From NCBI GenBank assembly GCA_963677595.1, contig OY782041.1, forward strand, positions 3,168,001 to 3,232,000: DNA of 64,000 nt, read 5' to 3'. The notes beneath the pieces were generated by a model. That model saw only the letters and a list, made by a program, of their open reading frames with translations, searched no databases and was not told the origin of the DNA. Within the stretch, counting starts at the first letter, position 1. Each line of letters opens with the position of its first letter. Positions 28,303 to 37,789 of the stretch are shown here, one piece after another. The position numbers and the translations under genes were made by a program. This DNA comes from Spirochaetia bacterium (GTDB lineage Bacteria > Spirochaetota > Spirochaetia > CAKZLE01).

Positions 28303-29697
28303 CTAAGCTCTGCAGACGTCTGCGAGAGCTGCAGCGAAATCATCGAGGTCTTCCTTCGTGTGCATCTCAGTGACGCAGTAGACGGCACTCTGGCCGAGCT
28401 GCGGGAACTCCTTCGAGATATCCTTCCCGCCGAACACGTTGTAGCTGAGAAGCCCCTTGTTGATCGCCTCTACCGTCTTGCCGGTCCCGTCGAAATTGAC
28501 GGTGAACTCCTTGAAGGTGTAGGCGGCAGGGGAGGTGATCGTTACCCCATCGATGGCCGAGATGGCCTTCTTGAGGTAGGCGACCCGCTGCATGATCCCT
28601 TCGCCGAGCTCCTTGAAACCCTGCGGTCCCATCAGTGCCATGTAGACGCCCGATACCATGCCGTGGAGTGCTGCACAGGTCCCAATGAAGTCCTTCCCTT
28701 TCTCACGGGAAGCATATGAGGTCCGCTCGAAGGCTACCTGGCCGAAACCGTACTCGCCCTCTTTGATCGTCTCGGCGATGCCGAAGAGCAGGGATGGGTA
28801 CTCAGCTACCATCTTCTCCTCGTCCCGGGTGGCGATCCAGCCCCCCATATTCCCGCCGAATCCCAGGTGGAGTCCGAGCGGTTGGTGTTCACCGACCGCG
28901 TAATCTGCACCATAGTTGGCCGGGGCCTCAAGGACTCCAAGCGACATGGGGTCGCATCCTGCGATGACGAAGGCTCCGGAATCATGGAGGATGTCCGAGA
29001 TAGCCTGCGGGTCGGTCTCGATGAACCCAAGGTAAGATGGGTTCTCGAAATAGAAGGCAGCCGTTTTGTCGGTCACCTTGGCTTTCAGGTCCTCGAGGTC
29101 CGTACAGCCCTTCTCGAAATCATATGAGACGGTGACGAACTCGATCTCCGGTTTCCAGTAGTTCTGTGCGATCAATGCATTGTCAGGGTTCACGGCTTCT
29201 GAGACGAGGATCTGCCTTCTTCCGGTGGTCCTGCAGGCCATCCTGCCTGCGATGGCGATGGCATTGGCCCAGTCATAGGACGGGGTGTTGCACGCATCGA
29301 ACCCGGTGAGATCCCCGATCATGCTCGATGCCTCAAAGAGTGCCTGGAACTTGCCGTGGTCGGAATAAGCCTCCCCGACGTAGGATGTCAGCAGCTCGTC
29401 CCGTCCCATGATGGTATCGCAGACGGAAGGAACATAGTGCTGCCAGCATCCGCTCCCTAAGAAATTGATGTTTTTCTTGCAGTTTTTGTTCTTGTTGAGA
29501 ATGCCCTCAACATGCCTTCGAAGTCTGGCTTCGGACTGGATCGGCTCTGGAAGATTCATGGTCCCCTTGAATCGCAGATGATCCGGAATCGCGCTGTAGA
29601 TTTCTTCAGCGCTCTCCATCCCTATTTCATCGAGCATCTCTTTCTTGATCCGCTCTTCTGAATTTGGAATATAGGGGTGAACTTTACCTTGTACCAT
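28303..29697 (-). CDS. gcvPA: Glycine decarboxylase subunit 1-like (GcvPA)
   Basis: HPYIPNS, FLGSGCWQHYVP, ENPSYLG, GEHQPLG, SREKG..F.GT, CVTE; SD GGAGGTG before ATG 29697. Confidence 0.88.
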   Translation of the reverse strand: MVQGKVHPYIPNSEERIKKEMLDEIGMESAEEIYSAIPDHLRFKGTMNLPEPIQSEARLRRHVEGILNKNKNCKKNINFLGSGCWQHYVPSVCDTIMGRDELLTSYVGEAYSDHGKFQALFEASSMIGDLTGFDACNTPSYDWANAIAIAGRMACRTTGRRQILVSEAVNPDNALIAQNYWKPEIEFVTVSYDFEKGCTDLEDLKAKVTDKTAAFYFENPSYLGFIETDPQAISDILHDSGAFVIAGCDPMSLGVLEAPANYGADYAVGEHQPLGLHLGFGGNMGGWIATRDEEKMVAEYPSLLFGIAETIKEGEYGFGQVAFERTSYASREKGKDFIGTCAALHGMVSGVYMALMGPQGFKELGEGIMQRVAYLKKAISAIDGVTITSPAAYTFKEFTVNFDGTGKTVEAINKGLLSYNVFGGKDISKEFPQLGQSAVYCVTEMHTKEDLDDFAAALADVCRA

Positions 29698-30446
29698 ATG
29701 TAACACCTCCTAAGAGAAATAAAAATAGACAGATTATTCTGGAACGATTAGTGTGATTTGTCAAGTAATTCATGAAAACCTAACATTTGTTACAGAAATA
29801 TTAGTAAAAACTAAGTATGTATAGGCATATTGATGTATAACTAAATAAATAATATATAGCATTGCGTATCGATAAACCTTTCATTATACCATCTAATGTT
29901 TGACCTGAGAATATGGAATGTTCTTAGAAACTACTAAAATACAGGATGTATGCTCTAAAATAACTATGCAAAAGTTAACGTAAATGTAAAGAAATCTATA
30001 AACACACATAATAATATATGCCTATCATGGTATCAGTAAGAACCGTGGATCATGAAGAATCTCTGCTGTCATTCTGATTAGAATCTATCGAATTTCTTAA
30101 TCTAATACTGTGTATTACAGAGTTCTAAGATGTGCCAGGAACCGGAGGATTCCAGAATCTCAACACAGACTTTCGGGTCCCGGATCTCCTGTGATTCGGA
30201 TAGGTTTGTATCGGGATCATATGCTGGGAATCCGAACGTGGCTTACGGCAGCCTGACTGAAAGGGCTAGCTTCTGATCTACCAGCTCGAGTGAGGACCTG
30301 GGGGGCATGGTCGCGATCACGGGGGAGCTGTAACAGGGGGATTTTGCCTCTTATACTATCTATGTGCATAATTATTGATGGTATTTTACATATTGCAGGG
30401 TTTCATGTATGATTGTAAGTATATGACTAGGTTGGTGCAGGGTATT

Positions 30447-30923
30447 ATGGTTGGTAGATTGAAGAGGGTAGTACTATTCGCAGCATTACTGCTGCTCGCA
30501 GTGATGCTCCTCTCCTGCAGCCTCGATACGCAGCCGTATGAACCGAGTGAGGCGGAGATCTATCGTACGTTGATGGGCTTCGTGCAGTTGGCGCAGATGG
30601 AAGAACTGCCGCAGGGTGTCAGACTGGGGTTCGTCTGGATGGGCGTGGCATTCTACCTGGAGGATGTCTCTACGGTGTATGAAGGGGAGACCTATGTCTA
30701 TAATGGATCCATCATCATGCACATGAAGAGTCTCACGAAGAAGACCTATGAACTTGATATCACGGCGTCTTCTGACAGCCTTGGGGGCGAGATCACGATC
30801 GACCTGGAAACGATCGATGATGGAGGGGACATCACGATCGAGGTCTGTGATATAAACAGCATGGACTATATAGAGGATGCGCAACTCATGATCGAAATGC
30901 TGCAAAGCCTTTTCGAAGAATAA
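30447..30923 (+). CDS. Small hypothetical lipoprotein
   Basis: Basic N-region, hydrophobic core and lipobox LLSC; beta-rich mature part; start uncertain (30375-30459). Confidence 0.65.
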   Translation: MVGRLKRVVLFAALLLLAVMLLSCSLDTQPYEPSEAEIYRTLMGFVQLAQMEELPQGVRLGFVWMGVAFYLEDVSTVYEGETYVYNGSIIMHMKSLTKKTYELDITASSDSLGGEITIDLETIDDGGDITIEVCDINSMDYIEDAQLMIEMLQSLFEE

Positions 30924-31029
30924 GGGATGGCTTAGAATAGAACATGAAATTGTTTAGTGCATAAATTAGTTAGCATGCTGTATAATTATTGGTAAATGAG
31001 TAATGAGTACATGATTCAAGGGGGAAGCT

Positions 31030-31698
31030 ATGGGGGCACCAACTCTCATGCTTGTAGGGAGAAATGTACTCATAAAAGAGGCACTTACATCGCTGCTCAC
31101 AACTGATGACTGCTGTGATGTGATCGATGCCTCTTCGAATGGACATGATGCATTAAAAAAGTATAACTCACTCAAGCCTGATATCGTACTGATAGAGGAA
31201 CATCTCGAACAGATCGACGTACTGACGCTCTGCTTCGAGATGAAATACAAACACCCGAACTGTAAGCTCATCGTGCTCTCCGACCTTGCCAAGCCATTCG
31301 TGGTCCTCGAATGCGTAAAGATCGGGGTGCAGGGCATCATCTGCCTGACCAATCCATATTATATTCTCTCCCGTGCGATCGAGAAGATCACCAAAGGCGG
31401 CAAGTACTACTGCGACAACGTCTCGCAGATCCTTGCTGACGGTTACAGCGAACAGGCGAACAGTTCAGTTGAAGCCTCACCAGTCAACCTCCTGACTGCC
31501 CGTGAGCGGGAGATCATGAATGCCATGCTCAACGGCCGGACCCCGAAGCAGATCGGGACGAACCTCCATATTAGCGTGAAGACAGTCTCGGTCCACAAGA
31601 CCAATATATTCAGGAAGCTGGGCATCACCTCGATGATCGATCTCTACCGGATCGGGGAGACGCTGAACAATCAGCAGGAGCAGGCTGCAGGGGAATAG
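31030..31698 (+). CDS. Atypical NarL/LuxR-type response regulator (pseudo-receiver)
   Basis: Intact LuxR HTH LTAREREI..G.TPKQIG..LHISVKTVSVHKTNIFRKLG; receiver lacks the acidic pair, the phospho-Asp (Glu instead) and the conserved Lys. Confidence 0.88.
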   Translation: MGAPTLMLVGRNVLIKEALTSLLTTDDCCDVIDASSNGHDALKKYNSLKPDIVLIEEHLEQIDVLTLCFEMKYKHPNCKLIVLSDLAKPFVVLECVKIGVQGIICLTNPYYILSRAIEKITKGGKYYCDNVSQILADGYSEQANSSVEASPVNLLTAREREIMNAMLNGRTPKQIGTNLHISVKTVSVHKTNIFRKLGITSMIDLYRIGETLNNQQEQAAGE

Positions 31699-31800
31699 AA
31701 CGCTATATTTATTATAAGTAAAAACTTATCATAATAATGGTGATATGCCTACTATATAATGAATACTATCTATTATATAGATAGATAACAATAAATATGA

Positions 31801-31829
31801 TTGACACCGTATTCGTGAGATCCTATCAT
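31801..31829 (+). promoter_or_regulatory. Sigma70 promoter of the lipoprotein operon
   Basis: TTGACA(31801)-17 bp-TATCAT(31824) with AT-rich upstream DNA. Confidence 0.7.
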
Positions 31830-31889
31830 GAATACTGATAAGCAGCAATGTGATGTAAAAAAAGATGTTGTCATAATTCGGGGGGGGCT

Positions 31890-34800
31890 ATGAAGAATAT
31901 CAAGTATTCCAGTGCTATTGTACTGATATGTCTGATGATAGCATTCATGACGGGATGTCCGAACACCCCAGACCCTCCGGTAGAGACTGAAGGATCTCTC
32001 TATATATCGATCGACCTGCAGGACCGCACCAGCAATCTTGCTGCCATAGAGATCGAGGGGAAGAAGGGGAGCAGTAGCTTCACGGAGACGATCGAGCTCG
32101 ATCGTGCAGCTTCCCGTGCCTCCGCTTATAATACCAGGGTACAGGATCTTGCGATCGGCCTCTGGACCCTGACAGCTTCAGGACTGGATGCCGACGGCCA
32201 TGAATTCATGGCAGAGCAGTCCCCAGTCCAGGTAGAGGTCATCGGCGGTGAGCAAACCGACGGACGGCTCTCGCTTGCGCTCCTGAAAGCACCCGTCTCG
32301 ATAGATGCTGATACTTCCACACTCTCGGGGATCGGCCGCCTCGAGATCAGGGGCTATGCTGATAACGGTTCATTCTATGAGCCGAATATCAATCCCTCCG
32401 CCTTACCTGTCACAGAGGATCTCGTCTACGGAACCTGGACGATCAGCGTCGAAGCCTATGACGCCGATAGTGACTTGATCGCCTCGGGTTCGACGACTGC
32501 GGAGATCGCGGACAGTACACCGCAGGATATAGATATCACCCTGATAGCTGAGAACGCCCCGACCGGTACGGCGATCTTCACGATAACCCCGCACCGATCG
32601 ATCGTCTCACGAGTCGACTACTATGTCCTGGCTGGGACCAGTTCCAGCTACCCAGCCTTCTCTGAGGAGATCGCCCCTTCCGGGACCTACCAGAAGGAGC
32701 TCTTGGAGGGAGGCTGGAGTTTCACGATCAAGGCCTATGACGAAGATGACAATCTCCTGGGGGAGAGTGCAGCGAAGAGTGCTGCCATCTCCGAAGATAC
32801 CCCGACATCCATCGCCCTGACGGTATCGGTCCCGACTTCGACGGTGACCTTGGATATCACGACTGACGAGACTATCCCGGCAGACCATACCTTCTCGCTC
32901 TACGGAACCTCGGAATATGATTCTATCAATGAAGATGATATCGGCGAGTCCATCGAACTCACCTATGGGAACTGGGACCTGGTGCTCAACACGAACGACA
33001 GCACCGGTGCAGCCATCAAGAGTGACGAGATATCCTGCCTGGTCGACGGCGATGAGGAGACCATAGAGCTCACCGTCACCAAGACCGGGACGCTTGTCAT
33101 GAACATCACGGCAGATCCGCTGATCAAGGCGCAGAATCCTGTATACAAGGTAGCAGGCACCCGTGAAGGTGGATCCCTCACCCTGTCGAAGACCCTGCAG
33201 GGCAGTGCCGTCGTCAACGAGGAGATCGGTACCGGAACCTGGGACCTGACAGTCTATGCAGAAAGTAGTGAGGGGACAAGGATCTCGGAGACCACCCCCA
33301 TCAACGATGTGGTGATCACCCTCGATGAGGAGACAGGGGTTGACTGCCTCCTTGAGGAACTGCGGTTCACCCTCACGATCGATGCTTCAGTTGAGTCCAC
33401 TGCTGTCGAGGCCCTGATCACCAACTACCTGGTGACGGGATCCAATGGGATCGAGGCATTCAGCCTCGAGAGTGCAACCCTCCCGATCGACCGGGACCTC
33501 ACGGGAGGTGACTGGGAGATCTCGTGTATCGGGGAAGATGACAGCCAGGAGACGATAGCCTCCGGTTTCGATGAGTCCGTGACCCTTGGGGCTGATGCCT
33601 CAGTCGAGATCGCCCTGCAGACGGTGGTGGACAAGGGTACGCTGATGCTCCAGCTGCAGCCTGACCAGATCGTCACTTCACGGGCTGACCACTATGACAT
33701 CACCTATACAGACAGCACGGATCCTTCCAATGTACTGAACCAGCAGACCTCGTCCCTGATCATCTCGAGGGACCTTACCTATGGTGACTGGGATATAACC
33801 GTCGAGGCGGTCGACGGCGATGGCCATGTCATCTCCGAGACCGAGGAAGCTTCCGTCACCGTCGAGCTCAAGAAGACCGTACTGCAGCTCATCCCGGTCG
33901 ATATCATCCGGTATGACCTCGCCCTTATCATAGATGCCTCAGACGTCACTTCGGCAGTCGACCACTACACTGTAGATGCATCCTCTCCCTATGAGATCTT
34001 CTCCATCGACCCGGCATCCTCGCCGGTAGAACGGACAGTATCGGCAGGGCAGTGGGATGTTTCAGTCCAGGCATGGGACGCAGCTGGCCTGCTGATCGGG
34101 GACGCCTCCGACAGCTACGATGTGAACGGGAATATGAGCCCGACGATCACGCTGACGAACGTAGCCCATACCGGCTCGCTGTTCATCTCCTTCGATACCG
34201 ACGACTATCTTGCGTCCCAGAGCAAGTCCTATGCGGTCGAGTTGACTGACGGCGTAGACACCGTCAACAGGACGACCACCTACACCAGCATCAAGGTCAA
34301 CGACCTTGCCATCGGGGACTGGGACCTCACCGTCACAGCCAAGGATGCAACCTCTGCTGTACTGGCCACTGACACGATCAGTGACATCACCATCCTCGAG
34401 GACCAGACGGTAACGGAGACGGCCGAGCTCGTGACGAACCGTGCCGACCTGGCCCTTACCGTGGTGGACCCGGGTACGGTCACGGGTATCTCGACTTATA
34501 CCTATGTCGGCTATTCCGATTCCGATGCCTTCGTCTATGAGGACGAGACCGTATCGACCCTGACCCAGACTTCCATCCTCAGCCCCGGTGACTGGAACTT
34601 CATCGTCATCGCCTATGACAATTACGGCGTGCCGATCGGTGTCTACCAGGATGAGGCGACCACCTATGCTTGTGACGGCATCTCGGCCGTGACTGAGAGC
34701 GTAACGCTGGAAGCGAAAGAGAGATCACGTACAGCAGGTGCCCGTGCGATCCCGGAGACGGAAGGGACGGGTATCATGGTCATCAAGACCAGTGTCTGGG

Positions 34801-37778
34801 AGGAGATAGCCGCAGATGCTGATCTGTGGAGTCTCTCCGTCTATGACGAGACGGGCACGACGCTCTATGAGACCTTCACAAGCCTCACGGAGTCGACTTT
34901 CGTGAAGACCGACATGCCTGCAGGTACCTACGACCTGGTGATTACCACCTATGACGACAGCCCAGTCGAGATTGCCTCGGCCGGGATCGATGACCTGCTG
35001 ATCATCGCTGATGATGTCACCTATGCGGAAGTCACGACCTACCCGCCGGTCAGTTCCCTGACCGTCAGCCCCGTCATCGATACGGAGATCTCGAGTATCG
35101 TCGACAGCTGTCTCTACATCCTCACGCAGGATGACCGAGAGCAGCTCTATATCAGGGGCTCCGAGTCACTCGACCTGACGGTGGATACGATCCTTACCGG
35201 GCTTTGGGACCTTGAGGTCACCGCCTACGATGCAGCTGGGAACAGCATCGCAGGAGCGAGCGGCGTCGAGCTCCTGATCGCGAACGGGGTCCCTGAGACC
35301 TCAGAACCTGTACTCGATACCGTCGAGGCATCACTCCTCGTGCAGATAAACCTCGATGAGAGTTTCACCACCACCGTTGCATCCTATGATGTCACGGCTA
35401 CCTGCAGCGACCTGGCTTGGACGGAACGTCATTATACCACGGGCAGCTCGCTCTTCAGACTCACTGACCCCCTGCCAGTCGGGAACTGGGATATATCAGT
35501 CTATGCGATCAATGCTGACGGTGTGACCGTATCTGACACTGCTGAAGCAAGCGTGACGGTCATCGGCAGCGGCCAGAAGATGCGTACCGTGACGCTCCAG
35601 CCGTTGAGCAGCCAGTTCACGGCAAACCTAGCTGGTACAGAACTCGGGGAAGCTTCGTACACCATCATGGGAAGTTCGGCTGATGACAGTTTCGTCGTGA
35701 ACTCGTTCACAGGGACTACCTGGCAGAGATCCCTCTCCCCAGGGGTCTGGACCCTGAGATTCCTTGGATATGACAGTACCGGAACACAGGTCTCCTCCGC
35801 CCAGTGGAGTGGGGAGGTCTACAGTGCCGTGGAGACTGATGTGACGATGCTGCCTCTTACAGGAGTAGTCTATATCTCCGTATCACCGGCCGCAGGTTTC
35901 TCCAACACGATCGACTCATGGGTGGTCACCGGCGATGCCGCCTCGACCGATGCCTATGATTTCCTCGAGAACATGACGCAAAGCGGCATCCTGGTCAAGG
36001 AACTGCCGGGCGGCGACTGGGAATTCACTGCCCAGGCCTTCGCCTCCGGTCTCCCCGTCTCCCTTGACGCCTCCAGCGGGACGGTCTCGGTCCTCAATAA
36101 CAGGAACTCCGTGGTGGAGCTCGTCGCACAACCGATCGAGAGCTCACTCTCGCTGGGAAGCATCACCGATGCTGCCCAGACGACCCCAGCTTCCTATACG
36201 ATCATCGGGCAGTCTGATTCCTCCGTATTCAACTGGACCGGTAGTTCGCTGGATGCCTTCAGCGAGAGCCTGCCGCTCGGTGACTGGTCGATAAGCATAG
36301 CAGGCTACGATGCAGCAGGCCTGAAGATCTCCACGGTCGTGGTGACGGTCACGTCTGACGGGGCTGCCCTGGAACCTGCTGCAGACATGGAGAGGATCGT
36401 CTATGAGGGGACCCTCTGTGTGGAGATCACCCCAACGGAATACATCCAGTCGGTCGTCGACCATTACCGGATTACCCTCGACGGGACTGACTCCTATGAT
36501 ATAACAGGTACCTTCTGGAGCAGGAAGGTCGAGATCGGCACCTACGGTGTCGAAGTATCGGCGATCAGCGGGATCGGCGAGGTGCTCTCGACTGCCGCTG
36601 CCAGCCCTGACCCTGAAGTGACCACCAACCGGACGACCCTCTGCGAGGTTGCCCTCGAGGAGGAATCCTCGGAGTTGACGGTAAGCCTCGTGACAGAGGC
36701 CCAGATCGCATCCCAGATCGACCATTACCATGTGACGGTCCTCGGGCCTGACCAGGTGGTGAATGAGGACATCACGCTTGATGCCTATACCCTGGAAGAT
36801 ATCACGCCGGGAACCTGGGTCGTGAAAGCCCAGGCTTATAACAGTGCCGGGAAGGTCATCGCCTCCGGGGAGGACCAGGTGGAGATCGGGATAGGCGAGA
36901 TCGCCCTCTGCACGGTCGACCTCATCACCGCAACCGGGGACATCTATGTCAGCATCCTTGCTGACGATGTGGTCACCCAGCAGGTTGACCACTACACCCT
37001 CGAACTGTCCAATGGGTCAGACCTCATCACGGAATCCTCGATAACGACCTCGAACTGGTCAAAGAGTGATATAGATGTGGGTCTTTGGGACCTCTCGGTA
37101 TCAGCATATTCTGAAAGCGGGACCCTGATCGGGATAGGGACCAAAGATTCCATACCCATCGACCCGAACAAGATGAACATTGTGGAGATCACGGTCAGCC
37201 AGACAGACGATGCAGTCGGGGACTTTATCCTGAACGTCACCTATCCGACTGATGTCGATATCACGGCTACTCTCGTAGGGAGCGATGCCATACAGCATGA
37301 GCTGACGATCACCGGGAACCCGGGATCAGCCACACTCACGGACCTGCTGCCCGGCTACTACGTGCTCACCATCAGGATCTCTGAGGATGGAATCGTAAGC
37401 GGGACTGAGACCCAGACAGTCCAGATCCTTGGCGGGCAGACGACCACGGTCGATGCGACCATCGAGAAGGAAGAGGGAGCCATAACCGTCTTCATCACCA
37501 ACCCGCTGGATGAGGAGATCACCGTGATCATCTCAGGCCTCGATGACGGGGAGGAAGTGTCCTATGCAGATGCCGCGACTATCGAGCTGTACGCAGCGAT
37601 GAGCGTCACGCCTGATGCTGTGGACTGGTACCTGAACGGGCAGATGCTCAGTGACCATGACAATGACCATGAGCTCACACTCACTGGTCTAACGTACGGA
37701 AACTATCAGATAAGCTGTATAGTCACCGATGATGGAGCGATCGGCAGTGATGCCGTCGACTTCAGTATCGTAGAATAA
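31890..37778 (+). CDS. Giant acidic lipoprotein (1962 aa) with ~20 tandem beta-sandwich repeats and a terminal PKD/Ig-like domain
   Basis: Lipobox MTGC; motif G-x-(W/Y)-x-h-x-h-x-A-x-D-x-x-G recurs 20 times at ~90 aa spacing; last domain WYLNG..GNYQISC. Confidence 0.85.
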   Translation: MKNIKYSSAIVLICLMIAFMTGCPNTPDPPVETEGSLYISIDLQDRTSNLAAIEIEGKKGSSSFTETIELDRAASRASAYNTRVQDLAIGLWTLTASGLDADGHEFMAEQSPVQVEVIGGEQTDGRLSLALLKAPVSIDADTSTLSGIGRLEIRGYADNGSFYEPNINPSALPVTEDLVYGTWTISVEAYDADSDLIASGSTTAEIADSTPQDIDITLIAENAPTGTAIFTITPHRSIVSRVDYYVLAGTSSSYPAFSEEIAPSGTYQKELLEGGWSFTIKAYDEDDNLLGESAAKSAAISEDTPTSIALTVSVPTSTVTLDITTDETIPADHTFSLYGTSEYDSINEDDIGESIELTYGNWDLVLNTNDSTGAAIKSDEISCLVDGDEETIELTVTKTGTLVMNITADPLIKAQNPVYKVAGTREGGSLTLSKTLQGSAVVNEEIGTGTWDLTVYAESSEGTRISETTPINDVVITLDEETGVDCLLEELRFTLTIDASVESTAVEALITNYLVTGSNGIEAFSLESATLPIDRDLTGGDWEISCIGEDDSQETIASGFDESVTLGADASVEIALQTVVDKGTLMLQLQPDQIVTSRADHYDITYTDSTDPSNVLNQQTSSLIISRDLTYGDWDITVEAVDGDGHVISETEEASVTVELKKTVLQLIPVDIIRYDLALIIDASDVTSAVDHYTVDASSPYEIFSIDPASSPVERTVSAGQWDVSVQAWDAAGLLIGDASDSYDVNGNMSPTITLTNVAHTGSLFISFDTDDYLASQSKSYAVELTDGVDTVNRTTTYTSIKVNDLAIGDWDLTVTAKDATSAVLATDTISDITILEDQTVTETAELVTNRADLALTVVDPGTVTGISTYTYVGYSDSDAFVYEDETVSTLTQTSILSPGDWNFIVIAYDNYGVPIGVYQDEATTYACDGISAVTESVTLEAKERSRTAGARAIPETEGTGIMVIKTSVWEEIAADADLWSLSVYDETGTTLYETFTSLTESTFVKTDMPAGTYDLVITTYDDSPVEIASAGIDDLLIIADDVTYAEVTTYPPVSSLTVSPVIDTEISSIVDSCLYILTQDDREQLYIRGSESLDLTVDTILTGLWDLEVTAYDAAGNSIAGASGVELLIANGVPETSEPVLDTVEASLLVQINLDESFTTTVASYDVTATCSDLAWTERHYTTGSSLFRLTDPLPVGNWDISVYAINADGVTVSDTAEASVTVIGSGQKMRTVTLQPLSSQFTANLAGTELGEASYTIMGSSADDSFVVNSFTGTTWQRSLSPGVWTLRFLGYDSTGTQVSSAQWSGEVYSAVETDVTMLPLTGVVYISVSPAAGFSNTIDSWVVTGDAASTDAYDFLENMTQSGILVKELPGGDWEFTAQAFASGLPVSLDASSGTVSVLNNRNSVVELVAQPIESSLSLGSITDAAQTTPASYTIIGQSDSSVFNWTGSSLDAFSESLPLGDWSISIAGYDAAGLKISTVVVTVTSDGAALEPAADMERIVYEGTLCVEITPTEYIQSVVDHYRITLDGTDSYDITGTFWSRKVEIGTYGVEVSAISGIGEVLSTAAASPDPEVTTNRTTLCEVALEEESSELTVSLVTEAQIASQIDHYHVTVLGPDQVVNEDITLDAYTLEDITPGTWVVKAQAYNSAGKVIASGEDQVEIGIGEIALCTVDLITATGDIYVSILADDVVTQQVDHYTLELSNGSDLITESSITTSNWSKSDIDVGLWDLSVSAYSESGTLIGIGTKDSIPIDPNKMNIVEITVSQTDDAVGDFILNVTYPTDVDITATLVGSDAIQHELTITGNPGSATLTDLLPGYYVLTIRISEDGIVSGTETQTVQILGGQTTTVDATIEKEEGAITVFITNPLDEEITVIISGLDDGEEVSYADAATIELYAAMSVTPDAVDWYLNGQMLSDHDNDHELTLTGLTYGNYQISCIVTDDGAIGSDAVDFSIVE

Positions 37779-37789
37779 GGGAGGATAAC

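Noticed and set aside
29700-30370. Glycine riboswitch upstream of gcvPA
   Set aside because: The proximal leader is very AT-rich and I could not find the tandem GGAGA...CCGAAG...CTCAGG aptamer pattern on the minus strand.
1129-36992. Long antisense ORFs (e.g. 1129-2226, 12705-13610, 14152-15363, 25855-26694, 36144-36992)
   Set aside because: They fully overlap well-supported genes on the opposite strand and have no recognisable motifs; typical shadow ORFs of GC-biased coding DNA.
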